Below the pieces are notes generated by a model, which was not told the DNA's origin, ran no database searches, and saw only the letters and a program-made list of their open reading frames with translations. The translations under genes were made by a program, and so were the position numbers. Positions 13,321 through 28,737 of a stretch of 64,000 nucleotides of DNA are shown one piece after another. The DNA is taken from the NCBI GenBank assembly GCA_977030845.1, contig OZ365111.1:11470001-11534000 (forward strand), read 5' to 3'. Position 1 is the first letter of the stretch; the number at the start of each line of letters is the position of its first letter. This DNA comes from Fimbriosthenelais zetlandica. Taxonomy: Eukaryota.

Positions 13321-16300
13321 AATAGTGCGGTAGGCGTTCTGTAAAGTATTCCCTTGTCATAAATGCTATAAAGTAATATCAATATTAAGTAAGATAAAAT
13401 GCACATGTATACACAGCTAATAGAGTCTACATTGCTTGGTGAAGTTAAAACATGTTAAATCTGACCTTATTTATGTCTTCGACAGGGTGTGTCTTGAAAA
13501 ATCCCAAACTGACTTGACATTTGACCTCATTCAACTTCGGGAATCGAGCGGGCAAGCATTTTATTCGTTTTCTGGTGGTCAAAGTCATGAGTCAAAACAG
13601 AATAAGGACATAACTTGCATGTCGACGTTCGCGCTAATGTTGTGGCTTTGACAGAGCTAATGTACCGGGTCTGACATGGGTAATGGGACAAATTTCCTGT
13701 TTATTCTTAGGACCATTACAAAATAAGTTACTTACTCCCAAATCAACCCCCCGCCCCTGTAACATTGTAAAACAACTGAGGCAACTATTTTCCTATATAC
13801 ATGTTTATACACCCAAGTTTCCTGTCCTGGAAAACAACATTGTCAGCCTCCGCTATATTTAGAAATAGCCCACCCAGAATAGCTCAGTACAGAAAATAGT
13901 CAGTGCCAAGATGACGTATTCTTCTGGGCCTTTCTATGTTTTATGGAAGGTAAAGCATCATGCGTAGTGTCTATCTGATATGCACATATATATTACCTAT
14001 TACCTCTTTCATGTCCTTGACAATGGTATTAATTGTCTGAGTCGTTTATGAGAGATGCCAACCTCCATGGCCACATTTCTATCAAAATGAGAAAGTTGCT
14101 GGATAACTATGTAGTCCATATCAACCTACACTCATAAAGCATCAGATTTATTGCTTCCATGACTCACCGAGGTTAGTTATACATGTATGCCTTCATATTT
14201 TCATATGATTTGTTCTCCTTGGTCTCTTTGGGCTCATTTGTCATCCGATAAAAGTTATCGCACAAAAGTTAGGACCATTATTAAATCTATGTACTTGTAG
14301 AAATAAACTAGTAATATTCTCCTGAGAACGGAGCCTATCAGTTGGGGTAGTTTAAAATGACATTCAGTGTCCCTTATACCTCAAAATAATCATTGGAATT
14401 ATGTTTTTCATGCATGTATTCTTTACCGATTTGGATGGTTTATAACTGGGTTGAGACAGTCACCCTATCCCTATATTTATTACAAAAACACATACTATAA
14501 TTAAAGACTTCTTTAAACTAGACCTATGTAATTACTTCCCCTTTTTTAGTATTATAATTTTATATTGTAGTATATGTATACATTCTGATGTTTATGAGAT
14601 ATGATTAAATGATGGCAAATGCATTTCCCATACACTCCTCCCACCTATCATCAGGTCCTTCTTCCAAAGGTACTATTTGGAATCATCATCATTGTAATGC
14701 ACTTTATTTGGGAGCCTGGATTTTATGAGGTCTCTGGTGAACCATCAATCGCCAGGAAGAGCCCCTTGCCTATTTCAAAGCAATTTACCAGATGTACCAT
14801 CAACAATACCTCTCACTGCCCACGTGAGACCCACTTATTCAACTTTGGTTAAGACCCTTTCTGATGGGTCATCATTGCTTGGCATCTGGTCAGCAATCTT
14901 GACCAGATCCCCCGAACACCGAAGAAAAAAAACGTTGCTCGATGGAATAGAACCACTTTTGTATGAGATCCCATGGCACAGAACTGGGACCTGATGTGCC
15001 CTCCTCCTCCTCCCATGGCCTAAAGCACAGTCTCTGCAGGCCAACAGACGAACAAAATATCACAAATCTCACCAACTCCATGCGCCGACGACTCTCCAAT
15101 GAGTAGCAATTGCTGTGGCAATAGGAGGGTAGGACCAGCTAGTGACCGCACCCTAATTGGAGGAAAGGAGAAGCGTAGAAGCCTTATACTTTGATGATGT
15201 ATAACTTGTGTCAGTGTTTGAAGCCAGAGGCCTGGCCAATTCTGCCTGACCGTTGGAACCTAACAGGGCATTGGGCTCCAACCATGCGAGCATGATGAAT
15301 ATGCTGAATAGAAGACTTGCAAGGCCGGGCCGACCCGTGAAAGGCAGCCATTCCATCGGTTTCCTGGTAGTAACTGGGCTGCAATATTGCCTGTCTAGGG
15401 AGCTGGTGACAAATCGCGGCCAATGTGACCTGCACCTTTTACAAGATACTACCATCTTCCACTATAACATATATGCAGGCAATGGAACGATTGGGGCGAA
15501 AAAAATGTTGGCCCAAAACTTTTCCCTATCCAAACAGAAATGTTGCAAATTGAGATATAGGAGGGGTGGATGATAAGAAATACTATAAGGTGCTACTGAG
15601 AATATAATATTATTATTCTTGCCACAGTGGGTACAGTACAAAAGGTGGATTGAACATGGCCAAATATACACAGCCGCGAGAACTTGCCATAGTAAGTGGC
15701 TTCTTAAATGAGTAGTACATAGAAGAGGGGCTTTTGGCGTGGCACGAACTGGTTGGGAGGCCTCATAATAACAGCTTTGCTGGCCTTAGAATGTGACACG
15801 TGCAGGTCATGTGCTCCTGCATTGTGTTTATTATGGTTATAACCTAAATCATTGGCCTCGTTATTCAACCATGGCGGGTGGGGTCGCCACTGTTGCCTGA
15901 TTCTCAGGGGGGTGACGGGGGCACCTATTGTGATGCGTCCACTTCTATCCAATCACTCAAATTAATCCGCTGAGAGGAGGCTCCGCCGCATCCATCTAAA
16001 ACTGTATTCAAAACCCAGGTTATTTTCGGGTTTCGACCCAGATCCATTCAGAAAATAACACTTCAAAAGCTGTAGATGGGTGAGCTCGGCAACAATGCCG
16101 TTTCCTCCCTATGTGCGAAACCCAAAGAGTTGGACATCAGAGCCTCCAAATCAAATTCCTCCCATTTTCTCTGCCTCGCTCCGTTCCCTTTCTCGTTAAT
16201 GCACACTCCAAACACGGCTGCCACGTGGCGCTAGTGACAAGTATTGTGCTGCCGTGTAAAGCATAGGGAAGTAGGACTTAAATGCAGCCTCTTGTCCTCG

Positions 16301-19300
16301 CTTTTTCTGTCATTATCGCCCATTAACACGCGCCTATATGGCAAGAGATGTGTGATAGGTCCAATTAAACTGTAATGGTTTCACACAACCCTAGTGGCCA
16401 GCCTTGAACACTGCACCTCAGACATGTTGTATTTACGCCACCTTACTACATAGATGTAGATTGGCATGCAAGCGGAAAATAAATATCAACATTGCTCGTT
16501 CAGCTGTCAAATTGTAATGGCTGCCTTGTTGCAATTGCAAGATAAAATAAAAACAAACATTGACAGGAAAAAAAAGGAGAGGTAAAAATGTCACTGGATA
16601 TTGAGAGTTAAAAACACCGCTATTCATTGAATTCAAGGCATCTTTTTTTCATTCACAATTTTCTTAATTTCTATGGTTACAACTACGGGCATTAAAAAGG
16701 GATATGAAACACTTGCATGAAGTTGGACTAGTATTTTATAGCCTGGCATCAGATCTGCTTTCCCATAAAGTTGGTGGCCATGATATTATCCTATTATGCA
16801 ATATCCTAACTAAGATATCAAGAAAACCACTGCTATAAACTTTAATTTGATGGCTGTACCATGCAGGAAGTGAAGTTTTCTGTGTTGCCGATCAACTCTG
16901 GACAATCAGAAGTCGCCAACTTCCTAGCAGCTCTACTATACAATTTTAAGGTGGCCTCAAGTGGAAAAGACCAAAACTAATTCTGATTGACTACTCAAGT
17001 ACGGTGTATCTTGGACAAAACATGGCGGCCTCCATATTCTTCTTATTCTGGGGGAAATCATGCATCACATTATAGGAATTGATTTCTCTCTACTAAGACA
17101 TAAATAGCTATAATAGTGAAATCTAATATATTAGGTCAAAATTAACTAGAAAAATATCTTTATACCTAGTGTTTCATATCTACCATATCGTTAATTAACC
17201 AAATGACCTAGTGTTATCGTTCAAGACAATGAAATAATTGTGGTTTATCCTATTTTTTTATTGATCAGCTTTATTTCTCATCTAGTTCATTGCTGAAGTT
17301 TCTCATGTCATTTCATTATGTCAGAGGTCTACCTCATTACATAGTACGTTTTGTCGTTTCACACATCACCCTACTGCACTTAAACCCCAACCACTTGAGT
17401 GTCTTCTGACATCTTCTATCAATACATTTCAGGCTGTGAGTAGCTCGGCACTGGCCTAGAATGAGAGCTCTATTCTTAGCATCACGGCCCGAGCTTATTT
17501 TGAACCTATTCCTTCCTGGAATCAATGAGTTACTTCTCTGACAGCCAGCAGAAGGGAAGGCGAGAAAGAGATGGTCGGGGGACCTGGGAGAACACACACG
17601 ATATTTACACAGTTATTTCTATACATTTCCTGTTATTCTTTCCTTTCTGCCCACTCTATATAGTGTATATACTGTCTCTATACTGTCCCCCTTGCTGGCT
17701 TTCTTCTTCCCAAGCTGGTTATTTTTTGTCAGTATTTTCCTCACGTTGTATTTTGTCGCTCTGCCAGCAATGAGTAACTGAACATGACTGGTAGGGGCTT
17801 GGGATATTGACAAGGAAATCACAGTCCGTTTGACACGCCGGGTCGGAAGATGGAAAAAGAATCGGCAGATGGTTTTAAGAGCCTTGCAGCCACACCCTTT
17901 ACTGCCCGGGCGAGAGGCGTGAGGTCTGCCCTAAGTAGACAGAGACACATTGCCTTCCTGAGATAGCAAAAGGCAGTTATGGACCGGGGGAATCTGTTTA
18001 AAAAACTGTATTTATAGAAGATGTACTGTGTACTAAGTTAGCTTTCCCTTGCTTACAAGTTACATGCCACCTGTACGTGGTCCTTGACTTTAATTAAGTG
18101 ACTTGGGTTGTTAGTTTCCCTGTGATCTGCTGTTGGCAATCTCTTAAAAACTAATAAATTTGTTGGGTTTGGAAGACCTTGCAGGTGCAATCCAGTAAAA
18201 AATACTGCATTGCCAGATATCTTAACTCTCGAGAAATATTTTAGAGAAAAGACATGTCTGAAAACTGAAGTCCACACTGCCCTTCAACACTGTCAAGAAG
18301 AGATGATCCATCTCTGTCCTGTTAAATGTACCCACACACCAGTAGCACCCACCCTCCGACCGATCTAGTTCAGCCCCTATATATGTACCCACCAAAGTTG
18401 GAACCGTTTATATTCTTCATGTTAGTAGCTCACTTGAATTTCCTTCAAATGATAATTACACCATCAAGAAAGACAGACTCTGGTAGAAGTCTTTCGGTAT
18501 TTTGTTTGAGGATATATGATGTGTGGGCTGTTAGGGATGCCGGGCCTCTGTAAGATACTGAAGCAAGGTCTGGAAAGATTGTTATCAGCATTATTGAACT
18601 TAGATACTGTACGGCTTTCTACCTTGATGAGGTCTGCCAGGGTATCAGATAAACTGCACTGAATCATTGGATTCACAGTCATTCTCATGCGATCATTCGT
18701 CTGGGCTTGTGCATCAGTTGGGCAAAATGTCTGTGCATCATATCCTATGCATACAATTGAAAAGAGGTTTTTGTCACTGAAATTTTAAACATATTCGAAG
18801 ATTGCTCAGCATGAAGGAGAGTTTTCTCAGTGAACCTCTTGGTAAAAACTGAGGCAACGCAACTGGTGCATGAAAGACATTATCGCCAAATCCATTGGGT
18901 TATTATCATTGACCAGCAATATATGAGTCACCCTCTGGTCACTGCAATTAAGGCACCCGCCCTATCATGGGACCCCCTCAGTAATATTGGGATCTCTTTA
19001 CAAGGTAGCAATCCTATTGTGTTTCCTATAGTGTTTTGACACTGTAATGCCACCTGTATGTACACTATACCTGCTTAGATGCCTGAAAGTTACAGCAATG
19101 CAAGTAGGCGGGAAAAAATACCATACATTACTCAGGGACATGTGGAATGCAGGCTAGTTTGACACTAACTGAGGTAAACCATGCACAACCCTCCTCTTCA
19201 GGGTATGAGGGAGTTTTTCCTATTGATCCACTCTATTGACTAGACCTTGAACACAGTCCAAGTACTTGGTGGCGTGACGATCCAAAACTTTTAGATGGTC

Positions 19301-21729
19301 GTGTATTCTCCTTGTTTGGCTCCAACCCTAAAGACTTTGGATATGCATGATTGACTGAAGAACATTGTATCAAATTTGAGTGCTGCTGAATAGGGAATGC
19401 CTTGATTCTTGGCATGGTATAGTTCCTGGGCGGTTGGGAAAGGTCTGAAAGTTACAGGCCTTCCTGATTAGGGGATGAAATATTGAGTAAATCGCCATAA
19501 CTGTAGGTTGCTACCCATACAATATTGAATGATGGCAGCTGAAGCTTTTGCTATAGAGCTGTATGAAACGTATATATTAGTAATAGGAATGGGTACATGT
19601 ATGGCAGTTATTTGCACCTCATTAGGTCTTTAAAAACCTACTTACAAGTTCAATAATAAATTATACTGTACTAGTCCCCTTAAATGTTAACTATTGGGCG
19701 TCTTAATTCAATTCATAGTTCATACCCGGTTCGTTTGACAACATTTCTTTTACCTCAGTTTATAGACGCACTTTTAATTTGTTTTCATCCAAATATCCTC
19801 TCACCCCCGCAAAAAAACAAAAACCGCAAAAAACCAGTGTCCCCTTGAGTATCCATGCTTCTATCACATTATTGCTGGGATCTTTGCCAGTGAGTGATAT
19901 AAACGAGTGCTGGCTTGGCGAGTGTGTGTGTGCTCACCTCTTGTAATTGTATCACATCCAGAGAAACCTCACACCCTGTTTAATGAACATCTCAGGCCAG
20001 GCCTGGAAATCATTACTGGTACATGGAATAGGCACGCCAAGCATAAAATAGGTCCCAAGTAGGCACCATTTCTTGTTTGATGTCGGTCGGGCTTGCACTG
20101 GGAAGCCATCGACTGCCTTTACACCTGCAAGTAGTGTAAATTTTCACCAGCCCCTCTATGTCGATTCGGCAGGAGGTGTGAACAATTCAGAGCACGCTAA
20201 AGGAACATAGTGAGCGGCTCCTTAATTGCAATGTCCACAAACATGTGCAGAATTCAGCTATAAACATAGGTTTATTTGATTTATTCTAAATGCAACCCTT
20301 TCAAACTATAATGTCATTTTCAGGAAAAGGGGATACTTCATTATATACCTCCTATAGCGTATGTGTAGGAGGCAATATTCAGTATAAATTCAGTATATAG
20401 ATATGTTCAAGTGACATTGCATGAGAAAGGTGATTGAGTCACTTTAATTTAGACACCCAAATAGGGCTCACTATATCGAAAAGGTGACATTTGACATTGA
20501 GAAGAAGGTAGCTGCTTTACATGTTTATTCCTGTAGAAATTGCTCATTCTGCACTGTAGGAGTATCCTCGGGAATAGCTGGGCCTCACTCATACTTTCAA
20601 CCCTTGAACCGCAGCTATTAGAAGAAGGCCAGTGTAATGTGGGTATATCCAGGGCGATTTAGAATGCATTTGGGCTTCCCCTTTCATGATAACTCTTTAC
20701 GTCATTGTTCCATCGAGCAATCCATGGCTGATTCCAACCTGAAATCCATGGAAAAATATTCTCATTGTGTGCAATCAAGATATGGCGGCAAATGGCAAAG
20801 CCCGATGGACGTGTTTGGAATCAAGACAAGAGCAAAAGGTCATTAGAATCTGTATTCCCCCCGGATGTGGGCCTAAAGGATAGAATCGGGGTATCCCCTT
20901 CCTACTCAAAGAGAATTACAATTCTATTTCATTTGTCCAGGCCTATCCTAAAGAGAGGGCTCTATCTTTTGAGGGGTGTATCCATGTGTAATCACTCTAG
21001 GGTCGGGGGCATTATGGGGATAAGCCTCATGATACAGACACCTGACGTGGCCATATTAGCTTGATGCTTAAATTGCCATGAAGGGAATGCAATAGAGTGC
21101 AAACTGTTGTTTTCTCTGGCTTGATGTTATCAGATAGTTTGCTCTTCGAGACTCAATTTCCGCTAAATGTAGGTTCAAAATACATTGAATGTAGAAGTCC
21201 CTGAATTAGGAGACTCCCATAATATCGGGTCTTGCAAGACAATACTGTTCCATTAGGTAATTGAATAATTGGTTGCAAATATTTGGTTGGATGGTAGACC
21301 GTATACAACTTGATCTAGTTCTGGCGTTTTCAACTTTATGCACCCATAGATTGTTTATCTCGTTGAATGGTGGAATGTGTTTGATTGGCCTACAAACTAC
21401 TTCTTTTGGTCAACAAATTAATCCCACATAATTCTCCCGCTGACAGTCATCCATATTTGACATGCGTGTTTGTGTTTAGGAACAGGCATGACATCTGGGA
21501 TGGCTGACTTTATAATTCATAACAATTCTCTGAATGAACACCAAACACTGATAATTAATACCCGATCCATCTCTCTGGGCTGCTTGTTAGTTTGTGAAAA
21601 GAAAGGGAAAGGGAAAAAAGAGAAGCAGTCGTCGGAGAATTCAGAGATAGATGGTGTGATTTGCCTTTATTGTCGGCAATCAGACCCTGGTCCAGAATCC
21701 TCCTTACCATTTACAGAGCCAGCCCCTGG

Positions 21730-21850
21730 GGACGGGACGCTACATCCGGCGATGATGCGCACGCACCGGCTATGACGTCATCTCCTGCTGGGCATGCGAC
21801 ATCTTGAATTGTTGACACCGCCATCTAGCGCGTCACGTCGCTGACTGGTC
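21730..21850. promoter_or_regulatory. CpG-rich cis-regulatory or promoter-like patch
   Basis: NRF1-like TGCGCACGCA (21756-21765), a perfect CRE TGACGTCA (21773-21780) and a CTCF-like GCGCTAGATGGCGG on the minus strand (21818-21831) within a CpG-dense ~120 bp. Function is inferred from motif resemblance only. Confidence 0.4.
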
Positions 21851-24750
21851 CGCAAGGAGCTCTGACAGAGAGCACTTTTCCATATTCATGGCTAACATGC
21901 TGTCAGATAATGGCAGACTCGGGCCGGTTTGTTTGTCTACCAGGGACTGATCTGCAAAGTTTTGTTGGCTGTACCTGGGCCATGTCCACATGGAGAGGGG
22001 TGGGGGAGACTATGGTCTGGCCGACAGCAGCATTAATCTATTGGTACAGGGTTACATCTATCTTCCTATTGTGTAGTTGCTCATAGACATTTTGTTATCA
22101 TTCTTCATTGGACATTCCCATCTCTAATCTAAGGTCGCTTATTTTAGTTTCGCGGCTTAAAATCTTATATTCTAGACAGCTGGCTGGATGTTGAACTTTG
22201 GTCGATATCCTGCTGACTGTACCAATATGTAGACTGGAGATGATAAAGGTCTGGTCCCTGGACAATTATCCAATGCTACAGCCCCTGCACACTGTTGTCT
22301 TGTTTGATCACATATGTACATACATGTATATCAATAATTGGCCTGGGGAAAATATATGTTGCATCATGTCGGTTTATATATAGACATATATATCTATGTA
22401 CATATATGTATATTAAAGCCTGAAACTGAAGGCTTAAATTCACTGACTGAAACTGGAAAGTCAAAAAATATCTATGGATGGGAAAAAATAGTTATGGGGA
22501 AAAATGCTGTTATTAAAGCAAGCTTATTAAGGTTTGTCATGGTCATTCGGAGGACGCTCTTTAAAAAAGAAGAAACGAAAAAAGGTGAATGTCTCCTAGC
22601 TGTTGCTGCTCCAAGCTTACCTGTTTACTATCTGACGAGTGTTATTCATGCACGCAATGTGCGCATTGCCTTTGTTTTGTATGACTATTACTTATTGTAA
22701 TTAATGATAACCCGTCCAAAGCATCTAAAAGGTTGACACATACAGGTAGTTTACTTAAACCCTTTTTAACAAAATGAAGTTATCAGATGACATATACAAC
22801 TGAAATCCTGTGACAAACACATTCATTTTTGATGGGTTATGTTACTCCAAAGTCCAAAGTAGATGGAACACTCGTACCATTAATATCTTGCAGTAGCTGA
22901 CTACTTTCCTCCCACTCTATATAGGCCCCTATACTGTCAAGCCTTGCGCCTTATATGTATTCAACACATACAACTCTTGGCTCATTTTGCTCGGAGACAG
23001 TTATGACAAAAACTCAGGTTATCTACACCTGATTAATCTCCACTCCATTCCAGCCTGGCCAGGTCCCCAGACACTACAATCTCTCTAAAGCTGAACTTTG
23101 AACCCCTCACATTCAGATCGCCCTCCCCCGCACCCACTTCCGTTCCACGACCATTGCGACAAGGCTTCTTTCTACAGCCAATATATCCAAGGCAATAAAT
23201 GCCTGGCTGTGCATAGCCTGCTGCCATATTTTTCATGTGGCATACTGCATTTTCAACAGGAACAATAATAATATTTGGATTCGATGCGATATTTATGTGT
23301 ACAGATAACGATTTGCGTTAACAAATCTGCACCTCTTTAAATTGATGCATATAGATATGTGCAAACCTGGGACTTTATTACACTTGTTCCTGATGACATT
23401 GCATGCAGCTGCCTCAATGAAGGCTAGTGGACTGCCTTTCTCGACCTTGTCTGTTGACCATGGACATCCCAGGTCCATTACAGACTGGGACAGGCAGTAA
23501 GGACAGAATAAATTTGTCATGCTGAGCTGCTCAGTCAATTGGGGTTAGATGCTCGAAGGTAAATCCCAGACTCCAGGGGCCTCTAGTGTTTATTGTGGTT
23601 TGTCTGGGATATTAGAGTTGAACTTGTGGCCAGTCGGCATGCTCTGCCTATCTTTGATGACCCTAATTCAATGGCTAATGACTGGTCCCTTTGTTGTGGA
23701 ATCTCCCAAGTTAATCACCTCGCTTGTAGTGCGTGCCAAAGTACACTTGAAAGCCATCAAAAACTTTCCGTAGACGACTCGGCTTCTGAACTTCAAAGCT
23801 CCCCATCTAGAAATATGGTTGGAGAAAATGAGCCTTTCTTGTAATGGTACATTGTAAGTGGGCTGTAACTTGTATACTAGTGTCTCTTTTTATGTTCCCT
23901 TATGATGTATCCAAGAGATGCAAGACTGGAAGTACACAGGTGTAGAATGTGGCCACGTAGAGAGAGCGTATCAGCTTTGTTTTGTCCCTTATACTCGGCC
24001 ATGATTGTAGGAAGCAAAAACTTGGATTTGACCATCTTGTTTGTCATCACAATATCATTAAACATATCCTTTATATCGCCGCGATAATATTGAGGTCCTC
24101 TGATAATTGCAGCAATATTTGAAATGTCAGAAAAAAGTATACGGAGAAATTCGTTATTTACCAGCAAACAATGCCAGAGCCGGGATATTATTTTCATTTT
24201 TCAAATAATATCAGAACTTGATACTAAAAGAACCATGGTGATGACCTTTCCGCATGCAAGCTACTAGAAATACCAGACGAAATATTTTATTTTACAGAAG
24301 CGCATGATATTTCCTACCCTATAAGCTGGATGCATGGATTTTAACTGCATGGTTAAATTCAACAAGTGGACAATTTTTCTTTCTTGCCTTGCACGTGTTT
24401 AGTGTAATTTTCCATTCGCTTGTCCAACTCTTATTGGAGATATCATATGGTTTAAGTATGAACACTAATGGAACTTACACACTCTACTTAAATATTATTC
24501 CAACAGGACATCTAATGGGACATAAATTGTCTCTAAGAGATGGGAACTGTTGTCATCCCATTTCATGTAGTCTCATGCTTTACATGGCAGAGAATGGTCG
24601 TAAAACAGCTGTGCCTCGCATCATAACATCAAAAATAAACACGAGGGGACAATAAAAAGATGAGAACGACCAATATAGTCATGCTATAACGATAATGACA
24701 GGGTAGTAGAAGATATCACGGCAGAAAAACGTGGAGGAGGGGAAGAGAGA

Positions 24751-24764
24751 GGGGGGGGGGGGGG
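24751..24764 (+). repeat. G14 homopolymer in a purine-rich tract (G4-capable)
   Basis: 14 consecutive G preceded by GGAGGAGGGGAAGAGAGA. Confidence 0.9.
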
Positions 24765-27700
24765 AAACGTGCACAGAAAGGGCTGGTTACTCTTGACATG
24801 GCTATGTCGTGGGGAGACATGTGTGACGACTTGATAGTGATAAATGACCACTATCAACAGTCATAAATAAGGCTTTAAGTTTTTTGCCGAGTCAGAGTGA
24901 AATTCTGGAGTAGAAAGTTAGCCTAATTACTTGGCATTCAATGGGTGTCATCATTTATAGCTTGTGCGTGCTTCGTGGCACTGTTTGTGGGTTTGTTTCA
25001 TAGCATTTTTTTTTAGCCTATGGTATATCATATCCATAGGCTAAAAAGTATTGTTTTGAAACAGGCTTCAGGTCCCAGGATGAAGATGGATATGCATTTT
25101 AGAGTTTCAGACATCACTGGGTATTATTTCTTCCTATATTATCGAAAAGATCTAACTTGATCTTAACTCTCATATATACCTATTTGTACTCATGAACAGT
25201 TGCAAAGGCTTGCAAACTGCACGAGCTATAGACAAAATGTTCCTATGCTGAAATCCTACATACATGTTTATCTTAAGCGACATTTTTATCCCATCGCCCA
25301 CGTGTAAGGCCGTTCATTACATTCGAAATGGGGCTCTTTCGGGGAAACTGGGATAAGGTTTTGGCTCATCTGCCATTCGAGTAAAGGCGGATACTTTGAA
25401 AGGATTTAAATTAATTGCACTTAATGGTAAGAGAAGACTAGGATGGGAGATGGGTATGCTTTAATTGGATCTCCCTAATTGCTAATCCATGCTTAGAAAT
25501 TTGCTAATTTAGTGTTTGGTAACGACAAATAAATACCAATTCCCCTGTCGTACTGCAGAAGATCTTAGGAGGGGAGAATTGGAGCGATAGAGGAACAAAT
25601 ATTCTAGATGGGCTTGAAACAGAGCAGTTGGAAGGGAACCCTTCATCAAAGTCCTATGATTCTTTCTGTAGAATTTGATTGATTGACCTGAACTATATAT
25701 CTCCTCCAGCTAACTACAAAGCCACCGAGGCTGCCTGCTGATGATAATTAGTTGAAAATACAAGGCTGCCTCGATGATGATTATATACAAACAATATCTC
25801 AGCTCCAAAATAAATATAATTGGCCGGACCTGAATTTTGATAAATGTTTTCTGGTAATGTTCTTGTTGACAGTGAAGGATGGCGGAAGGAATGGCGCCAC
25901 CAACGATCGATATTGTTGAAAATGTGCAAATAAATTTCATTGATATCGATATAGGCTGTTCACCATTCCATCAATCCAAGATGCCACTTTGCATTGAGAA
26001 CTACTTTTCCTAATCAATCAAAGGTAGAAATTATATCTAATAAAAAAAAAAAGAAGAAAAAAAAGGCATGCCAACCGTTAGTGTTTTTCCCAAGGATTTA
26101 GACATTTTAAAGTCTAAACAAACAATTAATAGCAATTATTGAACCTATTGGTCTGGTTGTTCCTAGTTTTAGTAAACAAAAAGTCTTTAGTTCGAAACAA
26201 GCTAACCAAATTAACACCTGTGGGTATAGATGCTTGTATCAGACCCATGTTTATCCTCTCTGCACTTCAGATTTCTTGCCTCTATAGCAGATCCTTTGCA
26301 AATCCTTTTCTGTCTTAACGACCTGTTTCAACAGATATCTTTATGTTTGAAGCATGGCATCAAACATTAATTACCTTTATTAAGAGTGGTAATTTGAGTA
26401 GTCTGCAGTGGTGGGTTATTGACTTTGATTTGGGTTATTGGGTTTTCTGACTTCGTCAATGATAAGTTGGTGGTCTGACTGTTATTGTGGGTGGGGTTTC
26501 ATGTTGGGTTGGATGGCGGTTGGGGGCTGCAGGAGTGCGATTCTCATGGGAATAAAAAAACATGATCAAACCTGTCTCATTACTAACTGCTGGAGACTGA
26601 CTAGGGCCAGGCAGGAGGAAGCCCTGGGAAAGGGGGATGGGCCTCCAGAACTTCGTGTAATTTCCTGATCTCCATATCGATTTTGATGAGGGATAACTAT
26701 GGGAGGTTCCCATGAAGCCGCGGATGGTCGTCTGTAATGTCACACTTTGACAGGTAAAATGCATGAAGTACGAGCTGACAGTTTTCCCAAACACTGACGC
26801 TCCGATTGCAGGGGGCAGCAGGCTTTAAACCCACAGGGCGTGTTTCATATTTTGTTAAAAAAAATTATCCACATTTCTTTCTCGAGACATGTCATTGGCA
26901 TATTTTAATTGATTACGCTCGTTGCACTTTCATTCTGCTCAAGTCAACGACCGATGATCAAAAGGCCTAAACTGTGTATGGAGACAATTACATTTCGATC
27001 ATTTCTTGGTTAATTCTCTTGGTGTTTTTTTAACCAGTGAAGTAAGTTTTAAGATTTAGACTTCATAATTTAATGTTGCGCCTGTATTATATTCACTTAT
27101 TTATTTTTTGCGTTTCTTATATCTCCCCTGCAGTGCATGAATAAGGTGTGTCATGATGATGGGGGGAAAATGCCATGTTCCCCACTGGCGATTGCATGAC
27201 TCTCAAATCATTGTATGCAACATTCCCATGAGTAACCCATAAACAAGTATATAAAACGAAACCAAATCATCGCAGCATGCCTTAAATCAGATGGCAGTTT
27301 CACTCGGTCTTTCAACCAAATTTTTTTTTCACAGTAAATATTCAATATCTTCTTACCATGCGACTGTCACATCCGAACTTATCAATCTGGTATTACAACG
27401 AAGTAAGATTCAGTGCATGCTTTAATATTGATGCCAGAATATTACAAACCACCGGTGTCGCAATGAAAAATGGCAGGTGATGAGGCTATTATTGAGAAAA
27501 CTGGGCAAAAACAACCTCCATATTGATTCGCGCCTGCCCTTTTGAGTCCACCATTGACTTTTTTCTACTTCTTTTTAACACCACAGCTGTCCTTAAACAA
27601 ACACCTAACTCGCCAACGAAATACCACAGTAACCTTCATCCAGGGTAGTCATTCATTAATTGCATGCGATACATTAAATAGCCGAAATGACCTTTACCCA

Positions 27701-28737
27701 GCCCAATGCCAATGTCAAGGGTAAAGAGGTGGCAGGCCATCAATAACATTTGTGGGCTAATCGTAAAGATGTGTTGCACGTAAGGCTCTTCTGTTTTGGT
27801 CACTTCAGAACATGACCAGGGTTCCTTTTCTGAATAAATTGCCCCAGATAAGTCCGAAGCTTTACAATCGGATTATATGCTATTTTTTGGTATGAAAAGG
27901 GCCTGATGCACAGTGCTATATGCATGCATTTACGGGGTCTTGTACTGGAGGCTATAACTCCGGTCTCTAATGTTCAGTGCCTCATCAAAATTATTTATTT
28001 GCAGTTAATTTTGACTTCGAAAGGTGAATGGTGTACCTTTTATTCCAAACTAAAGCCCAATGTCCAGTGAGCCAATTCCTTTTACATACATGTATACATA
28101 CGTCCTATCTGCCAATCCATTGCATGCATGAGTTATTTTACGAAAAGACTGATATACGAATGATGTTTTAAGATGTAAAAAAAAAAGAAGAAATAAGTCC
28201 CACTTTCTGATTCCACTCATTTAATGTGGAGATCTATGTAAAGCCTGCTACCAGAATGATAAATTTTTATAGGCCTACTTAGTCTTATGAAGTTTAATTC
28301 CCATTGGAGATTACCTCTATTGTCTTCACCCATATCATGTTACAATTAATGCCTTCTAAGTGGACGCCTGCGTATACATATTTTCCGTTAATGACGTCGA
28401 GGCTGTTTCCCTCCAGCTTTGATCTGTCGAGGACAGCGGACTGTTATCCTGCTAGTTAATTTGGCATGTTCCGTTATGATCCAGGCTTCAAAGAACAAGT
28501 CCAAGTCATGGCTATATAACGATTAGCAACGCCAAGATTTATGTGTTATCGTAATTCTTCCCTAACAACAGCTTCAAAACATGGATCCACGAGCAATTTT
28601 AATATGGTGCCTCGGTTACCTGATTTGTTTAATTGACACGTTTCAGTTAGCCCATTATAGCATTTGATCTGATTTTCTGTTTTGATTTCATGTCATTCCT
28701 TTCTCATGGTTGATTAAATGTAAATTTTCCATTGCAG

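Noticed and set aside
23384-23448. Frameshifted LF(A)DDIA and AFLDL scraps resembling LINE reverse-transcriptase motifs
   Set aside because: They need an indel to read, and they are in the wrong order (FLDL precedes PQG and FADD in real RTs). There is no PQG motif.
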